Of a DNA stretch of 64,000 nucleotides, positions 12,088 to 22,398 are shown piece after piece (position 1 is the stretch's first letter; every line of letters starts with the position of its first letter). Position numbers and translations under genes: made by a program. Source of the stretch: Candidatus Dormiibacterota bacterium (lineage in GTDB: Bacteria > Chloroflexota > Dormibacteria > Aeolococcales > Aeolococcaceae); NCBI GenBank assembly GCA_963768105.1, contig CAVYGR010000001.1:35453-99452 (forward strand), read 5' to 3'. Under the pieces are notes generated by a model, which was not told the DNA's origin, searched no databases, and worked only from the letters and a program-made list of their open reading frames with translations.

Positions 12088-12183
12088 GCACACAAAGTAG
12101 CAGGCGGGTCCCTGGAACGGTCGTATGACAATTCGCCACGGGTTTCGGGACCCGTCGGCGGCCCATGACACAATCCGAGATCG

Positions 12184-13500
12184 ATGGCAGTGACCTTGCC
12201 TGTGTCTGCGCCCGCGGCCAGTCCGATCGCGCTCCCGCCCGCACCGCGGACCGCCGAGGAGACGGGGCTGCCATTCAGCTTTGTCTGCGACCTGGTGCTG
12301 AAAGTCCTGTACTTCAACGGCAGCATGCTCGGTCGCGACATCGCGAAGCATCTCTGCCTGCCGTTCTCGTTCGTGGAGACGACGTCGCGATTCCTGGCCG
12401 ACGAGGGCTACTGCTCCTCGACGGGTGTGCACACCGCGATGCTGGATCCCGGGGAGCCGATCAACGCGGGGATGCAGCACATGATCTCGACGACCGGCCG
12501 GCAGCGGGCGCGGGAGCTGCTCGAGATCAATCAGTACGCGGGTCCGGCGCCCGTCCCGATCGCCGATTACACCGCGATGGCGGAGCGTCAGTCGCACGTC
12601 GACGGCCAGGTGAATCGCGCCCGCCTCCACGACGCGTTCAGCCACCTGGTCCTCTCCGAGGTGGTCCTCGACCATCTCGGGCCGGCCCTGAGCGCGCGCC
12701 AGGCGGTCTTCCTCTACGGGCCGCCCGGCAACGGCAAGACGACCATCGCCGAGGCCGCGGCATCGCTGCTGGGCGCCCCGATGTTCATCCCCCGGGCGCT
12801 CTACGTCCACGGCGAGGTGATCAGGTTCTATGACCCGATCCACCACGAGCCCATCGATCGTGAGCTGCCGCCGCACGACCGTCGCTGGCAGCTCGCCAAG
12901 CGGCCGGCCGTCAAGGTGGGCGGGGAGCTCACGCCACGGATGCTCGAGCTCGGCTTCGACCACACGCTGGGTTTCTACGAGGCGCCGATGCAGCTCAAGG
13001 CCAACGGCGGCCTGTTCCTCATCGACGACTTCGGGCGGCAGCAGAACATGTCGCCGCGCGACCTCCTGAACCGCCTGATCGTGCCGCTGGAGAAGAAGGT
13101 CGACTACCTGAACATCCCGCGCGCGGGCTCGAGCATCCCGGTGCCGTTCACCTGCCTGGTGATGCTGTCAACCAATCTCCGGCCGCAGAACCTGATGGAC
13201 GAAGCGTTCCTGCGTCGCGTGCGCTTCAAGGTGCACGTCCCCGATCCCACCGTCGACGAGTACAAGGAGATCTGGCGGCGCAACTGCGTGGACAACAACC
13301 TGCGCATGGACGAGGGACTGGTGGACCGGCTGCTCGAGAATCACTATCACGCCAAGGGCCGCGCGCTGCACGGGACCCATCCACGCGACCTCCTCAACCA
13401 CGTGATTCATGCCGCGCTCTACCTGGGCAAGCCGGTGGAGCTTAACGATGAGTTGCTGGAACTCGCCTGCGAGACCTATTTCGTCGAGGCCGACGAGTAG
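12184..13500 (+). CDS. AAA+ ATPase (MoxR/AAA_5-like core) with an uncharacterised N-terminal domain
   Basis: Walker A is [15 protein letters not shown] and Walker B is [30 protein letters not shown]...[14 protein letters not shown]...EAFLRRVRF matches the MoxR-type layout. The N-terminal ~170 aa ([30 protein letters not shown]) look like a winged helix. Confidence 0.8.
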   Translation: MAVTLPVSAPAASPIALPPAPRTAEETGLPFSFVCDLVLKVLYFNGSMLGRDIAKHLCLPFSFVETTSRFLADEGYCSSTGVHTAMLDPGEPINAGMQHMISTTGRQRARELLEINQYAGPAPVPIADYTAMAERQSHVDGQVNRARLHDAFSHLVLSEVVLDHLGPALSARQAVFLYGPPGNGKTTIAEAAASLLGAPMFIPRALYVHGEVIRFYDPIHHEPIDRELPPHDRRWQLAKRPAVKVGGELTPRMLELGFDHTLGFYEAPMQLKANGGLFLIDDFGRQQNMSPRDLLNRLIVPLEKKVDYLNIPRAGSSIPVPFTCLVMLSTNLRPQNLMDEAFLRRVRFKVHVPDPTVDEYKEIWRRNCVDNNLRMDEGLVDRLLENHYHAKGRALHGTHPRDLLNHVIHAALYLGKPVELNDELLELACETYFVEADE

Positions 13501-14129
13501 CTCGAGCTTCCTGCGCCGACCGCGTCACCGGATTGGGAGCGCGCGGGTCGCCGTTCGATGATCTGGTCGATCATCCCGTAGGCGAGCGCCTGTTCCGCGG
13601 TCATGTGGTAGTCGCGCTCGATGTCCCTGCCGATCTGCTCGAGATCGCGGCCGGTGTGCCTGTGGTACAGCTCGATCAGCAGCGCGCGCTGGCGGAGGAT
13701 CTCGCGGGCGTGCACGTCGAGGTCCGTGGCCTGACCCTGCATCCCCTGCGCCCAGGGTTGGTGGATGACCACGAGGGAATTGGGGAGCGCCAGCCTCCGG
13801 CCGGGCGCGCCGGCGCAGAGCAGGAGGGAGGCACCGCTGGCGGCCATTCCCAGGCAGGTCGTCTCGACCTGCGGTCGTACGTACTGCATGGCGTCGTACA
13901 TCGCGAGCGACGCGGTCATCGAACCGCCGGGGCTGTTGATGTAGAGATGAATGTCTCGCTCCGCATCCTCGCCCTCGAGGAAGAGGAGTTGCGCGGTGAC
14001 CAGGTTGGCCATGTCGTCGTCGATGACGCCTCCGACGAAGATGATCCGGTCACGCAGGAGGCGCGAGTAGATGTCGTACGAGCGCTCACCGCGAGCCGTG
14101 GTCTCGACGACGGTGGGGACCAGGGTCAC
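13476..14129 (-). CDS. clpP: ATP-dependent Clp protease proteolytic subunit ClpP
   Basis: GTG 14129 overlaps the upstream stop as [36 protein letters not shown] (Ser), IHQP (His) and ERD (Asp) are present. The listed 451-aa ORF 13476..14831 over-extends the N-terminus. Confidence 0.9.
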   Translation of the reverse strand: MTLVPTVVETTARGERSYDIYSRLLRDRIIFVGGVIDDDMANLVTAQLLFLEGEDAERDIHLYINSPGGSMTASLAMYDAMQYVRPQVETTCLGMAASGASLLLCAGAPGRRLALPNSLVVIHQPWAQGMQGQATDLDVHAREILRQRALLIELYHRHTGRDLEQIGRDIERDYHMTAEQALAYGMIDQIIERRPARSQSGDAVGAGSSSYSSASTK

Positions 14130-14572
14130 CGCGAGCGCTCCGTGCCGGGTGGAACAAAGCCGATGGGCCGGCGCGCCGGCTCTGCCTGACGCATCGCCAG
14201 GAATGCACCGAACTGCGCCACCGTCCGCAGCGACGCCGCATCGAGCCCGGACGTCACCGCGCGCAGCTGCCGGCGCGGATCGACGGGGGTCACCGGGTCG
14301 GCCTGGGGCCACGATCCGAGCCGCCGGCCCAGGTCCATGTACACGGTGGCGACCGGCACGGCGAGCGCGTACGCGATCGCGACCAGCAGCTCGGTGGAGA
14401 CGTCCTTGCGGCCGCGCTCCACCTCGGACAGGTAGGCGGGAGAGCACCCCGCCTCGCCGGCGATCTCGCCGAGGCTTCGCCCCTGACCATCGCGGTGTCC
14501 TCGAAGGATCGCGCCCAATTCCTGGCGGATCTCCTCGGGAGTTACGCTCAGAGCAGAACTCACAACGCTCAC
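14126..14572 (-). CDS. XRE-family helix-turn-helix transcriptional regulator (ClgR/PopR-like), translationally coupled to clpP
   Basis: The HTH is [41 protein letters not shown]. The stop TGA overlaps the clpP GTG. Confidence 0.8.
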   Translation of the reverse strand: MSVVSSALSVTPEEIRQELGAILRGHRDGQGRSLGEIAGEAGCSPAYLSEVERGRKDVSTELLVAIAYALAVPVATVYMDLGRRLGSWPQADPVTPVDPRRQLRAVTSGLDAASLRTVAQFGAFLAMRQAEPARRPIGFVPPGTERSR

Positions 14573-14646
14573 AGCATATCATCGCGGCGCGCTGCCAGGC
14601 GGCGCCGGGCCACCGGCGGGGTGGGCGCCGGTATTGTTTGCGAGAC

Positions 14647-15288
14647 ATGGCGACATTGCTGTCGGTCAACCTCGGCACCGCGAAAGCAAGTCGGCACACC
14701 GACACGGGGATCACCGGGATCGACAAGCGACCGTCGCTCGAGCCGGTGGAGATCCATGACCCTGGTCCCCGCACGGGATTGAGCGGGCTCTCGGGCGACG
14801 CGATCGGGGATCCGCGCTCCCATGGCGGCACCGACCAGGCGGTCTACGCCTACGCCCGTGAGGACCTCGACGTCTGGCAGGCCGAGCTCGGACGCGCGCT
14901 GCCCGGCGGCGTCTTTGGCGAGAACCTCACCACAGAGGGGCTGGACATCAGCGGCGCGCGCATCGGCGAGCGCTGGCAGGTGGGTGACGACTGCGTTCTC
15001 GAGGTCACCTCGCCGCGCATCCCGTGCCGGACGTTTGCCGGTTGGCTGGAGGAACAGCTCTGGGTCCGGCGCTTCACCGAGCGGGGAGCCCCCGGCGCCT
15101 ACCTGCGAGTCATCCTGCCCGGTCGGGTGCGCGCTGGGGACGAGATCGCCGTCGTGCACCGTCCCGAGCACGCGGTGACGATCGCCATGATGTTCCGCGC
15201 CATGACCACCGAGAAGTCCCTGCAGCCGCAGCTCGCGGTCGCCGGTGATGCCCTTCCCGAAGAGTTACGGGAGCGGCTCAACCGCTGA
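14647..15288 (+). CDS. MOSC domain-containing protein (YiiM-like)
   Basis: ATG 14647 lies inside listed ORF 14071..15288. [19 protein letters not shown] and [14 protein letters not shown] are typical of MOSC. Confidence 0.85.
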   Translation: MATLLSVNLGTAKASRHTDTGITGIDKRPSLEPVEIHDPGPRTGLSGLSGDAIGDPRSHGGTDQAVYAYAREDLDVWQAELGRALPGGVFGENLTTEGLDISGARIGERWQVGDDCVLEVTSPRIPCRTFAGWLEEQLWVRRFTERGAPGAYLRVILPGRVRAGDEIAVVHRPEHAVTIAMMFRAMTTEKSLQPQLAVAGDALPEELRERLNR

Positions 15289-15317
15289 CCGGAACCGCGA
15301 CGCGCCGGGTGCATTCA

Positions 15318-16256
15318 TCAGCGTTTGGCGAGGCCGCTGCGCAGGCGTCGTTGCAGGCGCCACGCGCCGCTCGCGATCGGGAATCCCGGCAGTGCCCTGA
15401 GATGCGCCATCTGACGCTCGGCCTCGCCACGCCACACCGCGCGCGTGGCCAGCGCCTCCCACGCAAGACGCAAGCGGTGCGCCGCCACGACCGGATCGCC
15501 GTTCTCAACGGCGCGGCGGAGCGCGAAACCGAACTCGAATCCGTCGGTGACGTCCTCGACGAACATGGCGTCGAGGAGTTCCCAGCGCATGCCCATCGCG
15601 GCGACGGTGTGCACCAGCACCGGAAGGAACTCGTCCTCCGTCCAGCAGTGCACGTGAATCGACCGCTCGCGGTTGAACGCGAACTCCCTGCGACGGTCCT
15701 CCTCGGTCCATGACTCCTGCCAGACGCCGGTCTTGCGCAGGTGATCTTCCATGTGATCGTCGCTCACGACCGTCACACGGTCTCGATGGTCCGCGATCAG
15801 ATGCTCGAGTGGGGTCGGCGACCGCTTGCGATCGAACGTGTAGCGCCGGTCGGGAAGGAAGATCAGGGCGACGCCGCCTCGCTTCAGCACCCGGTGCATG
15901 TCGTCGAGTTGCGTCAGTGGATCCGCCAGATGCTCGAGCAGGTGGCTGGCGACCACGAAGTCCTGACTCTCGTCGGCCAGGGCCGAGAGTCGCTCGACGT
16001 CGAGGTTTGCGATGACGTCGGGTTTGGTGAAGGTCGACCCGGCCGCGACGTCGGGGAACAGCGCGCGATTCTGCTCCGGCTCCCATCGATCCACGTATCG
16101 AACCGTCACGTCCGGGTTCATCATCGGCATGGGGTGGTGTCCTGGGCCGAGCTCCACGCCGGAGCCGCTGAGAAATCGGGTGAGCAAGCCCCGGGCTGCG
16201 GACGGACGGGCGTGATCCGCAGGGTCGTTCACGGCGCCGAGACTAGCATCCGACAC
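15318..16256 (-). CDS. Class I SAM-dependent methyltransferase with an extra C-terminal domain
   Basis: GVELGPG and FVVASHLLEHLADPLTQLDDMHRVLKRGGVALIFLPD match the Methyltransf_11/23 pattern. The C-terminal extension is about 120 aa. Confidence 0.75.
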   Translation of the reverse strand: MSDASLGAVNDPADHARPSAARGLLTRFLSGSGVELGPGHHPMPMMNPDVTVRYVDRWEPEQNRALFPDVAAGSTFTKPDVIANLDVERLSALADESQDFVVASHLLEHLADPLTQLDDMHRVLKRGGVALIFLPDRRYTFDRKRSPTPLEHLIADHRDRVTVVSDDHMEDHLRKTGVWQESWTEEDRRREFAFNRERSIHVHCWTEDEFLPVLVHTVAAMGMRWELLDAMFVEDVTDGFEFGFALRRAVENGDPVVAAHRLRLAWEALATRAVWRGEAERQMAHLRALPGFPIASGAWRLQRRLRSGLAKR

Positions 16257-16269
16257 GGCGGCGCACTGA

Positions 16270-18429
16270 CTACGCGATCACCGCGAACGCCGCGGACACG
16301 TTGCCTTGCCACGGGGCGGAGGTGATAAGTCGAAGATTCGGCAGGCGGGCGATGCAGTTGAGGTCCCACGGATATTCGGGTGCGTCGATGCGGTGCGCGC
16401 CGATGAAGACGACGCTGGCGTCGTAGAGGGTGCGCATACGGCTGATCGTGGCCGCCGCGAAGGCGGGGTTGCTGCACGCATCCGTGAGTGCGACGCCGAG
16501 CGGCACGCTGAGGTTCAGGAATTCGTAGCCGTTGGGGACCAGCGGTGTCAGGTCGGTGAGCCCGGCAAGCCACATGCCCGCGTCATCGCCGCCGTCGGTC
16601 ATCACCACGGTTCCCTGCGGCAGGGTGGTGGTTAGAGTCTTGAGCGTGGTCAGATCCGCCGGCGTGACCATCGAGCGCGCGGCGACCTCGTTGTTGTACA
16701 CGCTGAGCTCCGATGCGGCCCCGATGACAACGCACATGACTGCGATGATGCCCAACGACGCGCCGGCGATACCGAGCCCAGGCGGGACTTTTCCGAGGCG
16801 TTCGGTCACGAACCCGGGCAGATCCATCCGGCGCGCGAGCGCGACCCACGCGATGACGACGGCGATCGCCGCAATGGCCATCGCGGCGATCCATGGGCGC
16901 AGCTGGCCGAGGGGATCGAAGATGCCGAGCGGATAGGTGTAGACCGTGTGTGAGGCCCACACGCTCGTCCAGAGGTGACCGATGGGATGCCGTGCGATGA
17001 AGGCCACCGCGGCAACACCGACGGCGGCGATGGTGGCGATGAGCTGGCGCCGGCGCGTGCGCGAGAGTGCGCGCAGGAGGTCCGCCACGGCGAAGAGTTC
17101 CACCGCCAGGACCAGCGGGATCAGGAAGTACTGCACTCCGAGCATGCGGTCGATGTCGCCCCAGGGATAGACGATCCGCCAGAGGAAATTGAGCTTGTGC
17201 GAGTAGAAGTTGTCGGCCATCAAGAGCACGAGGACGGCCTCCGCACCCAGTATCCAGAGCATCCGCCGGCGGAGGAGCAGCGCGATCACGCCAACACCGA
17301 ACAGGGCAAGGGTGACCGGGCTGATGAGGTCGGTCTGGGCGATCGACGCCAGGATCTGATGCAGTCGTATCGGTGCGCTGACGTTCGGGAAGACGACCGG
17401 CGACGCGTCGGACGCCACCGGCGTCGGCAAGTGGGGTGTTCGGGTCAACACGGTCGCAAGCGCCGCACCCCCCAGGGTCGCGACGACCGCGATGGCGCTG
17501 CGAACGATGCCGGCAGCCGGTGCCTCGCGTATGGCCCTGACACCCGCCGCCGCGAGCAGGAAGAATCCGACGACCAGCGCGGTCAAGAGCTCGAGACCGT
17601 GGATGACCCAGATCGACATGGTGATCGCCACCAGCAGCAGCGCGTTGTCGCGCGTGCCTTGCCCGCGGATGACCCGGAGCGCCGCCACCAGGAAGGGCAC
17701 GATGAGTGTCGAATCGATGACCTCCGGGAACCGTCCGATGATCACCTGATCGGAGGGAAAGGCAAGTCCCAGTGCAAAGAAGGGGACCACCGCGGTGAGC
17801 GCCACCGAGCCGGTAACCTCGTATGTGAGCAGGGTCAGCGAGAGGGGAACCAAGACCAGCGTCACCGTTATTACCGGGGCCATGGAGGCCACAGGTGAGG
17901 GGCCTCCGAGCCAGGACACGACGGCGGCCGTCGCCTCGAAACCCGACCGAGCGCGCACATAGGCCGAGCCCTCGAGCGGGATGCGGACCAGTGGCAGCAC
18001 ATCGTGCGTCCGCGCGATGTCGTTGGCGATGCTGCCGTGGGCTGCGCTGTCCCAGTCGGGCGGCAGAACCTGGCCGTGCAACGCCCACACGAAGAGTCCG
18101 GCCCCGATCAGGCCCGCGACCAGCGCTGGAATGGGGAGCCACCACGGCGCATTGGTCTGCGCTGTGGGTTCAGTGCGCCGCCAGCGGAATATCGACGCGA
18201 CCACCAGGACCGCGATCAGCGGCAGCACCGTGAGTGGCTCGAAGGGGATGTGGACGTCGTGCATGCCGAGCCCGATAACCCCGATGAACCCGGCGGACAG
18301 GCCCGGGGCCATCGCGAGCCGCTGCCACCACCGCCATCGCGGGACGAGCAGGGTCGCGAGCGCGAAGCCGGGGAGCAGTGCCGCGATCACCACGCCGGGA
18401 AGGGATTGCGCGAGGTCCTGCAGTGGCAA
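16270..18429 (-). CDS. Large polytopic membrane protein (719 aa), GT-C-like glycosyltransferase or polymerase candidate
   Basis: The intact ORF has more than 12 hydrophobic helices followed by a soluble C-terminal domain of about 150 aa. It sits between the initiating transferase and a methyltransferase. Confidence 0.55.
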   Translation of the reverse strand: MPLQDLAQSLPGVVIAALLPGFALATLLVPRWRWWQRLAMAPGLSAGFIGVIGLGMHDVHIPFEPLTVLPLIAVLVVASIFRWRRTEPTAQTNAPWWLPIPALVAGLIGAGLFVWALHGQVLPPDWDSAAHGSIANDIARTHDVLPLVRIPLEGSAYVRARSGFEATAAVVSWLGGPSPVASMAPVITVTLVLVPLSLTLLTYEVTGSVALTAVVPFFALGLAFPSDQVIIGRFPEVIDSTLIVPFLVAALRVIRGQGTRDNALLLVAITMSIWVIHGLELLTALVVGFFLLAAAGVRAIREAPAAGIVRSAIAVVATLGGAALATVLTRTPHLPTPVASDASPVVFPNVSAPIRLHQILASIAQTDLISPVTLALFGVGVIALLLRRRMLWILGAEAVLVLLMADNFYSHKLNFLWRIVYPWGDIDRMLGVQYFLIPLVLAVELFAVADLLRALSRTRRRQLIATIAAVGVAAVAFIARHPIGHLWTSVWASHTVYTYPLGIFDPLGQLRPWIAAMAIAAIAVVIAWVALARRMDLPGFVTERLGKVPPGLGIAGASLGIIAVMCVVIGAASELSVYNNEVAARSMVTPADLTTLKTLTTTLPQGTVVMTDGGDDAGMWLAGLTDLTPLVPNGYEFLNLSVPLGVALTDACSNPAFAAATISRMRTLYDASVVFIGAHRIDAPEYPWDLNCIARLPNLRLITSAPWQGNVSAAFAVIA

Positions 18430-18441
18430 GCGGAATCGAGC

Positions 18442-19818
18442 TCAGCGGCCCTTGAGCGTGGCGATCGCGAACACGGTCCGCGCGATGATCAACAGGTCGA
18501 GCGCCACCGACTGATGCTTGATGTAGTAGAGGTCGTATGACAGCTTGACCGTGGATCCCTCGATGCTGCCTCCGTATCCGAAGTTGACCTGCGCCCACCC
18601 GGTGAGACCGGGTCGCACCGAGAGGCGGGTGTTGTAGTACGGGATGCTCGCGCGTAATTCCTCGACGTAGTGCGGCTGCTCGGGGCGGGGGCCGACCACG
18701 CTCATCTCGCCGCGCAGGATATTCCACGCCTGGGAAAGCTCATCGAGGTGCAGCCGGCGCAGCACCGCGCCAACCCTTGTGATGCGTGCGTCGTCCTCAT
18801 CCGTCCAGTGCGACACTGGCTCTGGATGCGCGCGCATGGTGCGCAGCTTCACGATCTGGAAGGGGCGGCCGAAGTGGCCGACGCGCGGCTGCCGGTGGAA
18901 GACCGGACCGTGATCTTCGAGCATGATCGCGATCCACACGAAGGGAAGCAGAATCGCGAGCAAGACCAGCCCGACGAGGCCCGCGATGATATCGACGAGG
19001 CGCTTGAAGAATGCGTAGAGGCGCGACGTCTCGCCGCGCTGCTGCAGCGAGAGCAGCCACGTCTGCCGCAATCGCTCGACCAGCAGGCGGCCGGTCAGCT
19101 CCTCGTACACGTCCGCGATGGATCGGACCACCATCCCCTGGTCGTAGCAGTCGACGAGGCTCTGAAAGAGTTCGGACGGCAGCTCCTCGTCGGCGCCAAG
19201 CACGATCTGGTCCGCTTCGCGCCCGGTCGCGGCGGCGCTGAGCCGGGTGCTCGCGTCCGCATCCCCCGGGTGAATCGTGCCCACGATGCGGTACAGGCCC
19301 GCCATGTGCTCGTCGACCTCCGACCACACCCGATCGAGCAACTCCGCGTCGGCGACCAGCATCATCCGGCCGGCGAAGATCGCCCGGGCGAACACCCTGC
19401 GATAGAGCAGGCGCCAGCACAGGACGGTGATCGCCGCGACCGGGACCCAGATCAGGATCGTCGATCGCGTGACGCCGTAGGGGATCAGGAAGAAGACGCC
19501 GAGTAGAGCAATCGTCTCAAGCGCCGCCGTGGTGGCGACAACCCGAAAGATCCCACGGACGTTCACCGCCTCGCGAAGGTTGTAGGCATCGACCATCAGC
19601 GCAACCGCGAGCCAGATTGCCGTGACCAGCGCCACGCCGGTCCAGGGAACGGTCAGTGCCTTGTGCTGAATGGCCGCGGAACGGAGATTGAAGGCGAGGA
19701 TGAGTGCGGCAGCCACAAGAATGGCGTCGCCGCCCGCCAGAAGTAACTTTCGCTCCGAGGCGAGGATCCCTCGGCGGCGGGTGTCCACCGTGGCGCCCGG
19801 AACTTCCTGGGCGATCAT
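18442..19818 (-). CDS. Polyprenyl glycosylphosphotransferase (WbaP/exopolysaccharide initiating sugar transferase)
   Basis: FFKRLVDIIAGLV...PVFHRQPRVG..GRPFQIVKLRTM...DELSQAWNILRGEMSVVGPRP...RPGLTGWAQV is present. The start was chosen at ATG 19818 so the gene does not overlap the divergent GT2. Confidence 0.9.
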   Translation of the reverse strand: MIAQEVPGATVDTRRRGILASERKLLLAGGDAILVAAALILAFNLRSAAIQHKALTVPWTGVALVTAIWLAVALMVDAYNLREAVNVRGIFRVVATTAALETIALLGVFFLIPYGVTRSTILIWVPVAAITVLCWRLLYRRVFARAIFAGRMMLVADAELLDRVWSEVDEHMAGLYRIVGTIHPGDADASTRLSAAATGREADQIVLGADEELPSELFQSLVDCYDQGMVVRSIADVYEELTGRLLVERLRQTWLLSLQQRGETSRLYAFFKRLVDIIAGLVGLVLLAILLPFVWIAIMLEDHGPVFHRQPRVGHFGRPFQIVKLRTMRAHPEPVSHWTDEDDARITRVGAVLRRLHLDELSQAWNILRGEMSVVGPRPEQPHYVEELRASIPYYNTRLSVRPGLTGWAQVNFGYGGSIEGSTVKLSYDLYYIKHQSVALDLLIIARTVFAIATLKGR

Positions 19819-19879
19819 CGCCGCTAGCCTACACTCCTCGCACGAGGGCGCCCACCGTGGACGGGGCAGATATCGATTC

Positions 19880-20969
19880 ATGACAAAGACGAGGACACGC
19901 CCCATGGCATCCGGGACGGACCACGCGTCCACCGCCCGAACCCCGTTCGTCAGTGTGGTGATTCCCGTCTTCAACGAGGAGCGCTACATCCAAGCCTGCC
20001 TGGAACTCGGTCCTTGCGCAGGATTACCCGGCCGATCGATTCGAGGTGATTGTCGCCGACGGCGGCTCGACCGATCGCACCCGTGCGATTGTCGAGGGAA
20101 TAGCCGCGCTGCACCCCAATCTGCGGATCATCGACAACCCGAGACGGCTCCAGGCGGCAGGTCTCAACGCGGCCATTCTCGCCAGCACCGGCGACGTCAT
20201 CGCACGCCAGGATGGGCACGCCGAGTGGGCGCCGAACCATCTGCGACGGTCGGTCGACGTGTTGTTCGCCACCGCCGCAGACAACGTCGGAGGGCGTCAG
20301 GATGCCGTGGGCGACGGTGACTCGGGTCGCGCCATCGCCCGTGCGATGCGCTCGCCGTTCGGCGTCGGGGGCGCGCGATTTCGCTACTCGAACCGCCAGG
20401 AGGAAATGCCGACAGTGTTCCTCGGGACGTTCCCGCGGCGCGCGTTCGAGCGAGTCGGTCTCTTCGACGAGGCATATCCGCCACACGAGGACTACGAGCT
20501 CAACACCCGGATCCGGTCGACCGGCGGCCGCATCGTGTACAGCCCCGAGATCCGAACTCGATATCACGTCCGCGACGGGCTCATGGCTCTCGCGCGGCAG
20601 TACTACCGGTACGGGAGAGGAAAGGTCCGCGTTGCGCGGAAGAGCCCCGAGGTCCTCCAGCCCTATCACCTCGCGGCCCCGGCGCTGGTTGCGGCCCTCC
20701 CGACGATGGCCGTGCTGGTGGCGACTGGCCGATGGAGGCGCGTCGCCATCAGCGTTGCCGGGTTGTACGCCGGCGCGTGCCTGATCGCTGCACAGCAGGC
20801 CGGCAGTGGCGAGACGGTGCGGGTGCGGCTGCGCATTCCCGCAGCCTTCGCGGTCATGCATATTGCGTGGGGGGTCGGCTTCTGGGCCGGGATCTGGGAG
20901 GCGGTGCGCGGTACTCACGTCGGCGGAGGCTCGCCGCCGCTTCTCCCCGGCGCGTCTGATGCCGCGTAG
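19880..20969 (+). pseudogene. Family 2 glycosyltransferase, +1 frameshift at 20003-20008 (probably a sequence error)
   Basis: VSVVIPVFNEERYIQACLE (frame of ORF 19670..20320) continues as SVLAQDYPADRFEVIVADGGSTDRT (frame of ORF 20046..20969). The break sits on GAACTC. Confidence 0.8.
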
Positions 20970-21021
20970 CGGTGGGGCTGCGACCCGTATCCTTGGGCCT
21001 GTGCCAAAGAGCAAGTCAGTC

Positions 21022-22398
21022 GTGGTGACCGGCCGCCCGAATCCACTCTGCATGGTGGGGGCGGGCTACGTCGGCCTCGTCACCGCGGTCTGCCTGGCGG
21101 ACGCCGGCGTTGACGTTCGGCTCCTCGATATCGATGCCGCGCGCCTCGCGATGCTCCGCCAGGGCAGGACCCCCATCCACGAGCCGCTGCTCGACGACCT
21201 GCTGGCGTCGGTGCTCGCCAACGGCCGGCTGACACTGTGCGACGACGCGGCGGTGGCGATGCACGGTGCCGAGGCGATCATGCTCGCGGTGGGCACGCCG
21301 CCCCTTGCCGATGGCCGGGCCGACCTGACCCAGGTCCGGGCGGCACTGCGTGAGGCGGTGCGTCACGCCGGACGGGACACGGTGATCGTGATCAAGAGCA
21401 CGGTCCCGCCCGGGACCACCGAATCGCTGCGCTCGCTCTGCCGGCGCAACGGACGCCAGGTGCCGTTGACCGTCTGCCCCGAGTTCCTCGCCGAGGGGAG
21501 CGCGGTCCGCGACTTCCGCCAGCCACCGCAGGTTGTGATCGGCGGGGAGGACGGCGAGGCCTGCGCCCGCGTGGCCCGGCTGTTCGGTCATCTCGACGCT
21601 CCCATCCGCATCACCGATTCCACCAGCGCGGAGCTCATCAAGTACGGGGTCAACGCGTTTCTTGCCCTGAAGATCTCCTTCATCAACGAGATGGCGCAGC
21701 TCTGCGAATTCACGGGCGCCGACGTGAGCTCGGTCGCCGACGGCATCGGCACGGACGAGCGCATCGGCAGGGCGTTCCTCGGAGCCGGGCTTGGCTTCGG
21801 TGGCTCGTGCTTCCCCAAGGATGTGCGCGCGCTCGACCAGGCGGCGAGCTATCACGGCCAGAGTTTTCAGTTGCTGCGCGCGGCAGTGGAAGTCAACCAG
21901 CAGGCGCGCAGCCGCTTCGTCGCCAAGATCCAGCGGGCCCTCAATGGCAAGCTTGCCAAGCGACGCATCGCCGTGCTCGGGCTCGCGTTCAAGCCGGGGA
22001 CCGACGACGTCCGGCAGGCAGCGTCGATCGACGTCATCCGCCATCTCGAGGACCTGGGTGCGGTGGTGGTCGCGACCGACCCCGTGGCGATGGCCAACGC
22101 CGAGCCGCTGCTCCCGAACACCGAGCTCGTCGCCGACCCGTACGCATGCGTCAAGTCGGCCGACGCGGTCGTCGTGGTGACCGAGTGGCCGGAGTACGTG
22201 GACCTCGACTGGTCCCGTGTCGCCACTGTGGTGCGGCGCCCGATCATCGTCGATGGGCGCAACTGCCTCGCCCCGGATCCCCTGGTCGATCTCGGCTTCA
22301 CGTACATCGCGGTTGGCCGCCCCGTCCGCAAGCCGAAGACTGTCAAGCCGGCGCAACCCGGTATCAGGCAGGTTCCCGATCTGATCGCGGTGCGATGA
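21022..22398 (+). CDS. ugd: UDP-glucose 6-dehydrogenase
   Basis: [19 protein letters not shown] and [10 protein letters not shown] are present. The GTG 21022 start is inferred; listed ORF 20806..22398 over-extends. Confidence 0.9.
   Translation: MVTGRPNPLCMVGAGYVGLVTAVCLADAGVDVRLLDIDAARLAMLRQGRTPIHEPLLDDLLASVLANGRLTLCDDAAVAMHGAEAIMLAVGTPPLADGRADLTQVRAALREAVRHAGRDTVIVIKSTVPPGTTESLRSLCRRNGRQVPLTVCPEFLAEGSAVRDFRQPPQVVIGGEDGEACARVARLFGHLDAPIRITDSTSAELIKYGVNAFLALKISFINEMAQLCEFTGADVSSVADGIGTDERIGRAFLGAGLGFGGSCFPKDVRALDQAASYHGQSFQLLRAAVEVNQQARSRFVAKIQRALNGKLAKRRIAVLGLAFKPGTDDVRQAASIDVIRHLEDLGAVVVATDPVAMANAEPLLPNTELVADPYACVKSADAVVVVTEWPEYVDLDWSRVATVVRRPIIVDGRNCLAPDPLVDLGFTYIAVGRPVRKPKTVKPAQPGIRQVPDLIAVR

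Noticed and set aside
14573-14646. A possible ClgR-type operator (CGC-N5-GCG) in the XRE/MOSC divergent region
   Set aside because: The region is so GC-rich that CGC...GCG words occur by chance. I could not find a convincing dyad matching the published consensus.
13476-14831. The 451-aa 'long ClpP' ORF
   Set aside because: Only the last 217 codons are ClpP. The upstream part is out of frame with, and overlaps, a bona fide XRE gene. A GTGA-coupled GTG start at 14129 explains the data.
16583-18145. A 520-aa ORF in an alternative frame of the 719-aa membrane-protein gene, on the same strand
   Set aside because: It is Arg/Gly/Pro-rich and non-hydrophobic. The overlapping frame 16270..18429 gives a coherent polytopic protein.
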